This document shows, piece by piece, positions 46,073 to 55,386 of a DNA stretch of 64,000 bases (its first letter is position 1; each line of letters begins with the position of its first letter). This DNA is from a virus (lineage: Duplodnaviria > Caudoviricetes). The notes beneath the pieces were generated by a model. The model had not been told where the DNA came from. It saw nothing but the letters and a program-made list of their open reading frames with translations, and made no database searches. The stretch is taken from positions 1-64,000 of the IMG/VR virus record IMGVR_UViG_2886098363_000001. One strand, 5' to 3'. The position numbers and the translations under genes were made by a program.

Positions 46073-47038
46073 ATGACCGACAAGGTTGAGTTGAAAGGTG
46101 TACTTGAAGCAGCCCTCAGTGAAGATGGTGGCATTATCCTCATCCGTAACGCGATGGCCGAGTTCCAGTCGCACAAGAAGGTTCATGCGGCAGTAATCTC
46201 CGAGATTCATCCGTGTGATGATCATGGCAGCTTCATGATCGACATCTCCAGCCCCCTCAATGCCGATATCACCATTCCCTACATGGTTACCCCTGACATG
46301 GTTGCCCGCTTTACCCCCAGCATTGGTGACTACATCGTGCTCTATGAGAACGACTATGTGTCATTCAGCCCGAAAGATGTGTTTGAGGGTGGATACCTCA
46401 TGATCGAAGAACCGGCCGTGTGCGCCAGTGAAGAAGATGCCGAGATGGAGCGCGAGATCCAGACTCTCGGACTGACCGCGCCGCGTGTTACTCCGGACCA
46501 GATCGATGCTCTGATGCGTGGCGTTCGCTATGAGGTTCAGGTTGTTCCCGGTACCACAACCACGCTGGCTACCGCCATTGCTGCCAACGGCTTCACCCTG
46601 GCCATCGGCATGACCGCCTGCGCCGACCCGGCCAACTTCAATGCAGATCTTGGCGCCAAGTACGCCATCAAGGATGCCGAAGCCAAGGCCCGCCAAGAGC
46701 TGTGGAAGCTGGAAGGGTGGCGGCTCAAGTGCCAGCTGGCAGAACAGTCGAGCCTCTCACCCACCCCAGATCCCATTTTCACCGGGTTCGCCAACTATCA
46801 TTCCAAGCCTATCGTGCGCACCGCTCACCAGATCACCGAGGCCGATATCGTTGACGATATTGACGAGGTAGACGGCAGAGGAAGCTACATACTGGCCTTC
46901 ATCAAGAATGGCGAGGAACATATCTACAACTTCTTTGCCAACAAGCGTCCGGTGTTGGGGGATTACGTCGTATTCCTCAACGCTGATGATATGTATCACT
47001 GCGACAAGGCCACGTTCGACGAGCGCAACCACACCTGA
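46073..47038 (+). CDS. Three-domain moron: duplicated P..GDY.V domain flanking a Gp49-family domain
   Basis: APRVTPDQID...NGF..IGMTACADPANFNADLGAKYA...LWKLEGW core; PSIGDYIV and PVLGDYVV repeats. Confidence 0.75.
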   Translation: MTDKVELKGVLEAALSEDGGIILIRNAMAEFQSHKKVHAAVISEIHPCDDHGSFMIDISSPLNADITIPYMVTPDMVARFTPSIGDYIVLYENDYVSFSPKDVFEGGYLMIEEPAVCASEEDAEMEREIQTLGLTAPRVTPDQIDALMRGVRYEVQVVPGTTTTLATAIAANGFTLAIGMTACADPANFNADLGAKYAIKDAEAKARQELWKLEGWRLKCQLAEQSSLSPTPDPIFTGFANYHSKPIVRTAHQITEADIVDDIDEVDGRGSYILAFIKNGEEHIYNFFANKRPVLGDYVVFLNADDMYHCDKATFDERNHT

Positions 47039-47060
47039 CCCTATTACCTACCAGCCAGTT

Positions 47061-47084
47061 AGCCCGCCCCGTGCGGGCTTTTTT
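47061..47084 (+). terminator. Terminator after the moron
   Basis: AGCCCGC-CCCGT-GCGGGCT-TTTTT. Confidence 0.75.
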
Positions 47085-47174
47085 ATGCCCAGCTCCAGCC
47101 GGAGAGGGCTTTCACCGAGAGCCTTCCCCCGCTTGGGCAGCGATACCACCCACTGAAAACCCACGAGGACAACC

Positions 47175-48101
47175 ATGGATATGAACATCGACGACCTGAA
47201 CGGCACTGAGAGCCTGGACGAACTGGAAGCCATGCTGGAAGCGATCGAGCGTGAGCCCGATAGCGAGCTGGATGATGGCACTGGCACCGAGCAAACGGAC
47301 GTACAACCCGCGCCGTCGGCGGGCGAGGTGGCAGCCGGTAACGAACAGGGCAGCACCGAGCAGGGCGGTGAAGGGGTCGCGGAGCCTGAGAAGGTGATCC
47401 TGGCCAAGAGCGGTCAACACACCATCCCGTATGAAGTGCTGGAGCAGGCGCGCAATGAAGCCAAGCAACTGCGTGAGCAGCTGGCTCAGTCGCAGCAGGC
47501 CCAAGCCGAGCGGGACAAGCTGCAGGCGCTGATGGAGAAGCACGGGATCAACCCCGACGTGGACCCTGACGATATCAGCCAGGAGGAGCTCGAGCAGTTG
47601 GCGCAGGACTACCCGGATCTCGGCAAGTCCATCGCCGCCATTGCCCGCAAGCTCCAAAAGCTGGAGCCCCAGGTCGCCCCGCAGCAGGTTCAACCCACCC
47701 TCAACCCGGTACAGGCCGCACTGCAGGCGGTACCTGATCTGGTGAGCTGGCGGGAAAAGGACCAGGACCGTTTCGACTTCGCCATCATCGTCGATGAGAA
47801 GCTCCAGGCTGATCCCGCGTGGCAAGGCAAGTCGCTGGATGAGCGATTCGCAGAGGCGGCGCGCCGCACCAAGCTGGCCTTTGGTGATGAGGTTATTCCT
47901 CCCACCAAGGCCCCCAGCAAGGAGGCGGAGAAACCTGCCGATTTCATCCCGTCCAGCCCTTCGGCACTCGGCCAGACCCATCATGCCGCCCCCACTGGAG
48001 TGGAGCGCTTTGGCGCCATGTCTCAGACCGAACTTATCGGCGAGATGGGCGCCATGACGGACGCCCAGATGGAGGCGCTGCTGGAGCAGGCCGGGTTCTA
48101 A
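47175..48101 (+). CDS. Scaffolding protein
   Basis: Acidic; KSGQHTIPYEVLE motif; located before the capsid gene. Confidence 0.75.
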   Translation: MDMNIDDLNGTESLDELEAMLEAIEREPDSELDDGTGTEQTDVQPAPSAGEVAAGNEQGSTEQGGEGVAEPEKVILAKSGQHTIPYEVLEQARNEAKQLREQLAQSQQAQAERDKLQALMEKHGINPDVDPDDISQEELEQLAQDYPDLGKSIAAIARKLQKLEPQVAPQQVQPTLNPVQAALQAVPDLVSWREKDQDRFDFAIIVDEKLQADPAWQGKSLDERFAEAARRTKLAFGDEVIPPTKAPSKEAEKPADFIPSSPSALGQTHHAAPTGVERFGAMSQTELIGEMGAMTDAQMEALLEQAGF

Positions 48102-48172
48102 CCCACCACCCATTTCAATAAGCCAACCCCGACCACTGTGTCGGGGTTTTTGTTTTCATGTAGGAGAGGACC

Positions 48173-49390
48173 ATGACCCAAGTCACCTCGGCGCAAGCCA
48201 ACAAGATTTTGCAGGCCGCACTGTTTACGGCGGCCAACCGTTCTCAATCGCTGGTGAACATGCTGACCGAAGAGGCCCCCAAGGGTGCCAAGGTCAACGG
48301 CGGCAAACAGACCAGCGCCGGCGCCCCCGTGGTGCGCATCACCGACCTCGGTAAAGGCGCCGGGGATGAAGTGGACATGCAGCTGTTCCACCAACTGTCT
48401 GGCCGCCCGACCATGGGTGACAAGAAGCTGGCAGGGCGCCTCGAGAGCATGTCCTTCGCGGACTTCTCGCTCAAGATCAACCAGACCCGCCACGGTGTGG
48501 ACGCAGGCGGCAAGATGAGCCAGAAGCGCACCAAGCACGACCTGATCAAGACGGCTCGCGTGCTGCTGGGCGATGGCTACTACGGTCGCCTGGTTGACCA
48601 GCGTGGCTTTGCTCAGCTGGCCGGTGCTCGCGGGGATTACTCGGCCACCGATATCATCCTGCCGCTGGCGGATGACCCCGAGTTTGCCGACATCATGATC
48701 AACTCATTGACTGCACCGACCTACGAACGCCACTTCTTCGGTGGTGATGCGACCAGCTTCGAAGCCCTCGATGCAGCGGATCGCTTCAACCTCGGCTGCG
48801 TGGACAACATGGCGCTCTATCTGTCCGAGATGGCCAACCCCATCCAGCCGATCCGCATGGTGGCGGACCCGTCCGGTGGTGAGCCGCTCTATGTGCTCTA
48901 CGTGACCCCGCGCCAGTGGCACGACTTCTACACCTCCAGCTCCGGCAAGGACTGGAACGCCATGCTGGCGGCGGTGGCGGAGCGAGCCAAAGGCTGGAAT
49001 CACCCCATCTTCCGCGGGGAAGGCGCCATGTGGCGCGGCATCCTGGTCAAGCCCTACAAGGGCATGCCGATCCGCTTCAACCAGGGCAGCATCGTCAAGG
49101 TGTGTGCGGCCAACTCCGCGACCGGGGCGGAAGTGGACAAGGTTGCGGGCACCCTGATCGACCGCGCCGTGCTGCTGGGCGGCCAGGCGCTGGCCAATGC
49201 CTTTGGCTCTGGCGAGCAGGGCGGCTCTTTCGGCATGCACGAAGAGAAGACCGACCACGGCAACAGCACCGAGATCTCTATCAGCTGGGTCTCCGGCCTG
49301 CAGAAGATCCGCTTCAAGCAGCGCAACGGCAACATTCAGGACCATGGCTGCATGGTGTTGGATACCGCCGTCAGCGCCGTCGGCCGCTAA
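48173..49390 (+). CDS. Major capsid protein (N4-gp56/933W-like)
   Basis: PVVRITDLGKGAGDEV, INQTRHGVDAGGKMSQKRT. Confidence 0.9.
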   Translation: MTQVTSAQANKILQAALFTAANRSQSLVNMLTEEAPKGAKVNGGKQTSAGAPVVRITDLGKGAGDEVDMQLFHQLSGRPTMGDKKLAGRLESMSFADFSLKINQTRHGVDAGGKMSQKRTKHDLIKTARVLLGDGYYGRLVDQRGFAQLAGARGDYSATDIILPLADDPEFADIMINSLTAPTYERHFFGGDATSFEALDAADRFNLGCVDNMALYLSEMANPIQPIRMVADPSGGEPLYVLYVTPRQWHDFYTSSSGKDWNAMLAAVAERAKGWNHPIFRGEGAMWRGILVKPYKGMPIRFNQGSIVKVCAANSATGAEVDKVAGTLIDRAVLLGGQALANAFGSGEQGGSFGMHEEKTDHGNSTEISISWVSGLQKIRFKQRNGNIQDHGCMVLDTAVSAVGR

Positions 49391-49457
49391 TCCACCCACC
49401 AGAGCGAGGGGGCGATGCCCCCTCCTGTTGATATCTGACCAGACAAGGAGCCATATC

Positions 49458-49847
49458 ATGGCCAAGATTACCCTGCTCGCCCGAGCGTACCGCTGGTTTG
49501 TCGGCGCGTTCGGCAACCTCTCTATCTCCCCGACCCTGGTGGCCAAGCTGGCTGCCGTACCCGCTGGCGATGTTGTCGCATACGGCGACAAGGTGGAGCC
49601 CAACCTGAAAGTGGTGGGTGTGACGATGTTCAGCACTGCGCTGGGCGCGAGTACCACCATCACAGCCAAGATCGGCACGACCACCATCATCAACGCCGAG
49701 AGTACGGTGGGGACGGTGGCAAAGTATTACCCGGTCGATGACCTGATGACCGAGCCTGACCAGGAGCTCACCCTCACCGTTGGTGGCGGCGCTGCGACGG
49801 GCACCGTCAAGCTCAAGCTGTATTACGAGGTAGTCGGCAACCTGTAA
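49458..49847 (+). CDS. Head decoration/cement protein
   Basis: 129 aa beta-rich ORF after the MCP (in frame within track ORF 49197..49847). Confidence 0.7.
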   Translation: MAKITLLARAYRWFVGAFGNLSISPTLVAKLAAVPAGDVVAYGDKVEPNLKVVGVTMFSTALGASTTITAKIGTTTIINAESTVGTVAKYYPVDDLMTEPDQELTLTVGGGAATGTVKLKLYYEVVGNL

Positions 49848-49913
49848 GGCAGCCGATCACTGTCCGCCCGGCCCTGTGCCGGGCTTTTTCGTTTCTGAAT
49901 AGGAGTCATCGCC

Positions 49914-50351
49914 ATGAGCGACAAGATTGCCGTGGTTTACATCGGCGACAAGCCGAGCAAGAAAGACACGGTCACCGGCAGCCGCCTGGTCTTCCCGCGC
50001 CATACCGCAGTGGATGTGGAGAGTCACATCGCCATGCAATTGCTGGAGTTCCCGACCGTCTGGATCCGCCATGAGGCACTGGCTGGCGAGCTGGCGCGTC
50101 AGGAGACTGTTGCCGAGATGGAAGCCCTGGAGCTTCAGCGCCTCGCCGCCGAGCAGGCCCGCCTGGCGGAAGAGCAGAGCATGGTGGTCGGTGAGCGCGA
50201 TCTGGCCAAGATGACCTCTGCCCAACTGGCCACCCTGGTGGAGGGGGAAGATCTGGATATCGAGCCACAGGGCCCGCAAGAAAAGGTGCCCGATTACCGG
50301 GTGCGCGTGCGTGATGCCCTGAAGGCCAAGCTGGCAGAGCAGGGGGAATAG
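49914..50351 (+). CDS. Virion-associated protein
   Basis: MSDKIAVVYIGDKPSKKDTVTGS. Confidence 0.7.
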   Translation: MSDKIAVVYIGDKPSKKDTVTGSRLVFPRHTAVDVESHIAMQLLEFPTVWIRHEALAGELARQETVAEMEALELQRLAAEQARLAEEQSMVVGERDLAKMTSAQLATLVEGEDLDIEPQGPQEKVPDYRVRVRDALKAKLAEQGE

Positions 50352-50352
50352 C

Positions 50353-50934
50353 ATGCAGATGGTGTCGCGTGAGCAGTTCCTGCCCACTGTCAGGCTGCAC
50401 ATCACCGGCCCGCTCGAAGTCATGCTGAGTGAGGCCGTCACAGAGGCGGCCATCACGTTCTGCCGGGAGTCGGCCTTGCTGACCCTTGACCGACTGCTGC
50501 CCAGCGCGTCAGCCGGCAGCCTGGTGGAGGTCTGCAACATCAGCGGGATGACATCGTGCAATGTGCTGCACCTGACTGGTGAAGGGGGCTCGCCATTTGT
50601 CAGTGGGCGTGACTACTTCGCCATGTCTGCCAATGAGCTGAGCATCCTGACCGACCTCAGTAATGTGCGGATCTGGTACGTGGCGGCCCCGGTAAAAGGC
50701 GCCAAGGAGCTACCGGCACAGCTCTACACAGACCATGCCGAGGCCATTGCCCATGGTGTGGCCGCGCTGCTCTATGCCCAACCGGATCGCCCTTGGTCTG
50801 ATCCCAAGCGGGCCAACTTCCATCGCGTCGAGTTTGTCGAGGGGTGGCGTCGTGCCGGCCGCTTCCGCAAGCAGCACAGCGCCCCGACCCAAGTCGAATA
50901 CTACAACCCGCCCCGCAAACACAGCTTTTTCTAA
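50353..50934 (+). CDS. Head-tail adaptor-like protein
   Basis: Position and size match 933W-like modules. Confidence 0.65.
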   Translation: MQMVSREQFLPTVRLHITGPLEVMLSEAVTEAAITFCRESALLTLDRLLPSASAGSLVEVCNISGMTSCNVLHLTGEGGSPFVSGRDYFAMSANELSILTDLSNVRIWYVAAPVKGAKELPAQLYTDHAEAIAHGVAALLYAQPDRPWSDPKRANFHRVEFVEGWRRAGRFRKQHSAPTQVEYYNPPRKHSFF

Positions 50935-50943
50935 GGAGTCGCC

Positions 50944-51621
50944 ATGGCTACCGTGCCTATTGCAATAATCATCAAGCGGGTTAACACCCTGCTGGTCGAT
51001 CCGACCTTTACCCGCTGGCCCAAGCAGGAGCTGCTGGACTACTACAACGACGCCACCAAGGCGATCGTGCTGGTTCGCCCTGATGCCCACACCAAGAACG
51101 TCGAGTTTTCCTGTACTGCTGGCACCAGGCAGGTATTGCCAGCGGACGCCTTGCGGCTGATTGAGGTGCTGCGTAACGCCAATGGGAAGGTGGTTCGCTT
51201 CGTACCACGCAAGGCGCTTGATGACAGCTATCCCGACTGGCACTCAGGTAAGACAGCAACCTCAGTAGATAACTACTGCTATGAAGACCGTGACCCCAAG
51301 AACTTCTATCTGCACCCTGGCCCCGCCGCGGATGTGAAGGTAGACGTGATCTACTCGGTGGCGCCGCAATCAAGAGCGCTGGCTGATGTAGAGGACGCCA
51401 GCACCCCTGCGCTGGCTGACCTGGATGATATCTATATCAACCCAATCATCGACTTCATGCTTTATCGCTGCTTCTCCAAGGATGCCGAGTACGCCGCCAA
51501 CAGCAACCGCGCTGCCGGTCACTACAACGCATTCCTGCAGCAGCTGGGTGAGAAAACCCAGGCTGACGCCAATATGGAAGCCAGACAACAAGCTGGTTTT
51601 AACCGTACCACTGGTCAGTAA
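50944..51621 (+). CDS. Virion structural protein (adaptor/DUF6682-like)
   Basis: RWPKQELLDYYNDA, YMLY/FMLYRCFSKDAEY motif. Confidence 0.7.
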   Translation: MATVPIAIIIKRVNTLLVDPTFTRWPKQELLDYYNDATKAIVLVRPDAHTKNVEFSCTAGTRQVLPADALRLIEVLRNANGKVVRFVPRKALDDSYPDWHSGKTATSVDNYCYEDRDPKNFYLHPGPAADVKVDVIYSVAPQSRALADVEDASTPALADLDDIYINPIIDFMLYRCFSKDAEYAANSNRAAGHYNAFLQQLGEKTQADANMEARQQAGFNRTTGQ

Positions 51622-51632
51622 GGGGGGCATAG

Positions 51633-53267
51633 ATGGCGGGTCTTTGGTATCGGGCTGGCACGGTGGCTGTCACCAACGCCAGTAAAAAAGTAGTTGGCAC
51701 AGGCACAACCTGGAAGAGTGGTGCATCCAAGCCAGACAAGGGGCATACGGTATGGGCCCCCGACGGCAAGGCTTATGAGCTCGACTATGTGGAGAGCGAC
51801 ACAGTGCTCTACCTGGTCACCGCCTATAGTGGCGTGACTGCATCGGGGATGGCCTACTCCATCGACATCAGTCGCAGCGGGTCAAACTCGGCATTCAGCC
51901 GCGACCTGTCAGCATTTGTTGCCTATCACCAGTTGCAGATGGACGGCTGGCAGCAGCTGCTCACCGGCACCGGCGATGTGACGCTCACCGCACCTGATGG
52001 CACAAAGCTCACCGTGCCTAGCTGGGAAAAGGTGATGAACGCAGGCAGCGGTGTGGTGGCGATGGCCAAGACTGAGGCAGACCGCGCCAAGAATGAGGCG
52101 ACCAAGGCCGCTGCCAGCGCCACCGCTGCGGGTGATGTGGTGGCCGCCTCCGCTCTGCCATTGCCGGATGTGTGGGCCCCGCTCTCTGATAGCCTGCGCC
52201 TTATTACTGGCTATGGCCGGGATGTGCTGGTTGGGTCGGATGTGGTGGCGCGGATGGTGAATTTCAGCCGCAACTCAACAAAGATCTATCGTGCAAAGGA
52301 TGGAACGCTCAAGGTAGCCGCTGTCAACGAGCCCGCGTTCGAGGTGGAGGGGCTGCTGCTTGAGGGGCCGAGCACAAATTTAATTACTGCATCAGCATCT
52401 CCATCCCGTCTGGATGGCTACGTTCAGGGTGGGGTGGTTGGCGCCCCATTGGCGGGTCAGAGCGCAAAGGTGTTTGCATTGACAGGCGCCCCCTCATCGT
52501 TAATTCGTTTTAATGACGCGATCAGCCTCAGCGTATCGGATACAAAAACGGCCAGTTGCTTTGTCATGGCCATTGGATCGCCCATGACCGTCACCATTCG
52601 CTGTGAGGGATCTGTAGCGAAAGATTTCGCTTTACCTGCCAATGAGTGGGTGCGGCTGTATGTTACGAGAACGATTCCAACCACCGGGCAATACTCAAAT
52701 TTTTTAGATGTTTGGATAAAGGGTGGGTCAGTAGGGCAGAAGATTGCAGCATGGGGCGCCCAGCTAGAGGCGCTGCCATTCGCCAGCTCTACCATTCTGA
52801 CAGATGGCGCAGCGGTCACTCGGGCGGGCGACATCGTAACCATTCCGTGGTCGATGAACATCAATCCTTCTGCTGTCACGGTTGCGCTGAACTATGACCT
52901 GTTGGGTGTGGGTCAGGCGAACCAGCGGATCCTGGAATATGCCGCGCAAGTTAACCCCCGCTATTTAATGCAGGTAACGCTAGCTGGCGAGTTTGAATCC
53001 TATTGCGGAAGCTCTGCGTTGAAGGTGACCGACCCTCCTGTCGGCCCTGGGTCGCTGGTTGTTGCGTCAACATCCCCCAACCGCCACGCTTTGCGTTTGA
53101 CAGGGAAAAACATTGCAACAGCCGCGCCAACCGGGCCAGCAGGCGCCACCGCAAACATCGCTATCGGCTCAGCCATTGCCGGATCATCGCCAATATATGG
53201 CCATGTTCGTAACCTTCGCATCTGGCATCGTGCCCTCACTGATGATCAACTCAAGGCGGTAGCATGA
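51633..53267 (+). CDS. Tail fibre/spike with LamG-like C-terminal domain
   Basis: WYRAGTVAVTN..VVGTGTTW N-terminus; WGAQLE; GHVRNLRIWHRALTD C-terminus. Confidence 0.85.
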   Translation: MAGLWYRAGTVAVTNASKKVVGTGTTWKSGASKPDKGHTVWAPDGKAYELDYVESDTVLYLVTAYSGVTASGMAYSIDISRSGSNSAFSRDLSAFVAYHQLQMDGWQQLLTGTGDVTLTAPDGTKLTVPSWEKVMNAGSGVVAMAKTEADRAKNEATKAAASATAAGDVVAASALPLPDVWAPLSDSLRLITGYGRDVLVGSDVVARMVNFSRNSTKIYRAKDGTLKVAAVNEPAFEVEGLLLEGPSTNLITASASPSRLDGYVQGGVVGAPLAGQSAKVFALTGAPSSLIRFNDAISLSVSDTKTASCFVMAIGSPMTVTIRCEGSVAKDFALPANEWVRLYVTRTIPTTGQYSNFLDVWIKGGSVGQKIAAWGAQLEALPFASSTILTDGAAVTRAGDIVTIPWSMNINPSAVTVALNYDLLGVGQANQRILEYAAQVNPRYLMQVTLAGEFESYCGSSALKVTDPPVGPGSLVVASTSPNRHALRLTGKNIATAAPTGPAGATANIAIGSAIAGSSPIYGHVRNLRIWHRALTDDQLKAVA

Positions 53268-53578
53268 CCGACTTTATCGACCTCAACTTAAAGGCGGCCG
53301 ACAAGGCCGCTATGTTCAGCGCTATGCTGGGGGCGGGCTTTATCGAGGACAGCGAGACCGGCACTCTCTATCACCCCGCCGCCAGCTTGCAACTGCTGCC
53401 CACTGGCATGGTCACCCGCCCCACAGGCGAGGTGCAGGTTGTCGATGGGATGGATATCGCGATGCGCGAGCCGGTGCCGGGCTATCATGCCAATGTGCGC
53501 ACTACTGACGCCGCGATGTCAGCTGCGCTGGCGCCGGTTACGGTAGTCGTAGACAAGCCACAATATGTCTGGGCATAG
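53264..53578 (+). CDS. Tail-fibre assembly/chaperone protein
   Basis: Coupled to the fibre gene; PGYHANVR motif. Confidence 0.7.
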   Translation: MTDFIDLNLKAADKAAMFSAMLGAGFIEDSETGTLYHPAASLQLLPTGMVTRPTGEVQVVDGMDIAMREPVPGYHANVRTTDAAMSAALAPVTVVVDKPQYVWA

Positions 53579-53688
53579 AATACGGCCACGGCCATGGGCC
53601 GGTCTGCCAAGTGCAGGAGGTTCACCAGGGTAAAACCATCCTGGTGCCGCACCCCTGCGCCGATGTGCTGCAGCCAGCCAAGTGAGCC

Positions 53689-53757
53689 TTGCCTCCTGAC
53701 GCTGGCAGCGTTAGGATTTACCCATCATGGCCCGCTCTGTTCTGAGTGGGCCTTTTT
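53689..53757 (+). promoter_or_regulatory. pR'-like cassette 3
   Basis: TTGCCT-17-TAGGAT, CATCAT 5 nt later, then GGCCCGCTC..GAGTGGGCC-TTTTT. Confidence 0.7.
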
Positions 53758-53781
53758 GTTTTCTGCCTGCCGAGATCTCCC

Positions 53782-55386
53782 ATGTCAGTCATCGATATCG
53801 TCACCATGCGAGGCATTACGCCGCGCGTGGAATCTCACCTTTTGCCTGATGAAGTGGCAGTAGTGGCCAGAGATTGCCACTTTGACCACGGCGTTATCTC
53901 ACCGCTTGAGGAAGATGTCAGCGCTGGCGTTACCTTGCCAATCACCCCCAAGACCCTGTTCAAGTACGGCCAGAACTGGTTTGCATGGAACAAGATTGTT
54001 GAGGCAATCAATTCCCCGATCGCGCAGGATGCCTATGGCCGCGTCTATTACACCGATGGCGAGTACCCGAAAGTCACCCACTTCCAGATCGCGACTGGTG
54101 GTGTCAACAAGCCGACGGCGTGGCACCGCCTTGGTGTGCCCTCTCCCGGCGTTCCAGTAGGGATTGGTGCCATTACGCCGCCAACTGGTAGCAAAGATGA
54201 CGACGCCACCGATGATGAGACCCGCTACTACGTTGATACCTACGTCACGGCGATGGGCGAGGAGGGGCCTCCCGGGCCTGCAAGCGGCAAGGCCAGCATC
54301 ACCATCCCGAACTCCACAGTGACGCTATCCCTCACACCCCCACAGTCACAGGACAACAATATCACCAAGCGCCGGGTATACCGCTCCGTTTCTGGTGGCG
54401 GCCTGGCTGATTACCTGCTGGTTGCTGAGCTGCCGATTGCGCAAGCCTCGTTTGTGGACAATCGCGCTGATGGTGAACTTGGGCCTGTGCTGGAAACCTA
54501 CGGTTATACCCCGCCACCGGCTGCCATGCGCGGCCTGTGCCAGATGGCAAACGGCATGTGTGCTGGCTTTGCTGGCAACTCACTCTATCTGTGCGAGCCG
54601 TATCTGCCATATGCCTGGCCGGAGAAGTACCGGCTCACTACCGAGCACGACATTGTGGCAATCGCCGCTATCGATACCACACTGGTGATTGGTACCAAGG
54701 GGTACCCCTATCTTGCACAAGGTGTCAGCCCTGCTTCGGTGACCAACCAGAAGTTGAGCCAACTGCCACAGGCGTGCATTAGCTCCCGCTCCATGGTGGC
54801 GATGGATGGCGTGGTGCTCTACGCCTCGCCAGATGGGCTGGTCGGGATCGGCGCCAGCGGTGGGCAAGTGGTGACAGAGCAGATCATCACTCGCAAGCAG
54901 TGGCAGGCCATGAAGCCTGAGACCCTGCGCGCATGGCATCACGAAGGCAAGTATGTGGCGATGACCGATACCCATGCCTTAGTCTTTGATCCCAAGAGTG
55001 GGGATTTGCGCGAGCTTACCAACCGCTGGGATGCAGGCGTCTCTGATATGGAGAGCGATCGTCTATTTGTGGCAAAGGGGATGGCCTTGCAGATATGGCG
55101 CGGTGGACAGGCTGGCAATGGCCAGCTTGTCTGGCGTTCCAAGCTGTTTATGATGCCTGATAGCACGCAGCTTGGCTGTTGCCGGGTGCTTGCAGACGAG
55201 ATCCACCTGGTTGGAATCAAGCTGCTCGTGGATGGTGAGCAGGTGATGGATCTGCCGCCAGGCAACTTGGCATCGGGCACATTCAGGTTGCCCCCGGTGC
55301 GAGGTCGGTGGTGGCAGGTGGAGGTATATGGAACCTCTGTGGTGAAGCGCATTACCCTGGCGGGCTCAATGGCGGAGTTGATGTAA
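53782..55386 (+). CDS. Tail tubular/nozzle protein
   Basis: ETRYYVDTYVTAMGEEGPP, CEPYLPYAWP; size matches the 933W-like counterpart. Confidence 0.8.
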   Translation: MSVIDIVTMRGITPRVESHLLPDEVAVVARDCHFDHGVISPLEEDVSAGVTLPITPKTLFKYGQNWFAWNKIVEAINSPIAQDAYGRVYYTDGEYPKVTHFQIATGGVNKPTAWHRLGVPSPGVPVGIGAITPPTGSKDDDATDDETRYYVDTYVTAMGEEGPPGPASGKASITIPNSTVTLSLTPPQSQDNNITKRRVYRSVSGGGLADYLLVAELPIAQASFVDNRADGELGPVLETYGYTPPPAAMRGLCQMANGMCAGFAGNSLYLCEPYLPYAWPEKYRLTTEHDIVAIAAIDTTLVIGTKGYPYLAQGVSPASVTNQKLSQLPQACISSRSMVAMDGVVLYASPDGLVGIGASGGQVVTEQIITRKQWQAMKPETLRAWHHEGKYVAMTDTHALVFDPKSGDLRELTNRWDAGVSDMESDRLFVAKGMALQIWRGGQAGNGQLVWRSKLFMMPDSTQLGCCRVLADEIHLVGIKLLVDGEQVMDLPPGNLASGTFRLPPVRGRWWQVEVYGTSVVKRITLAGSMAELM

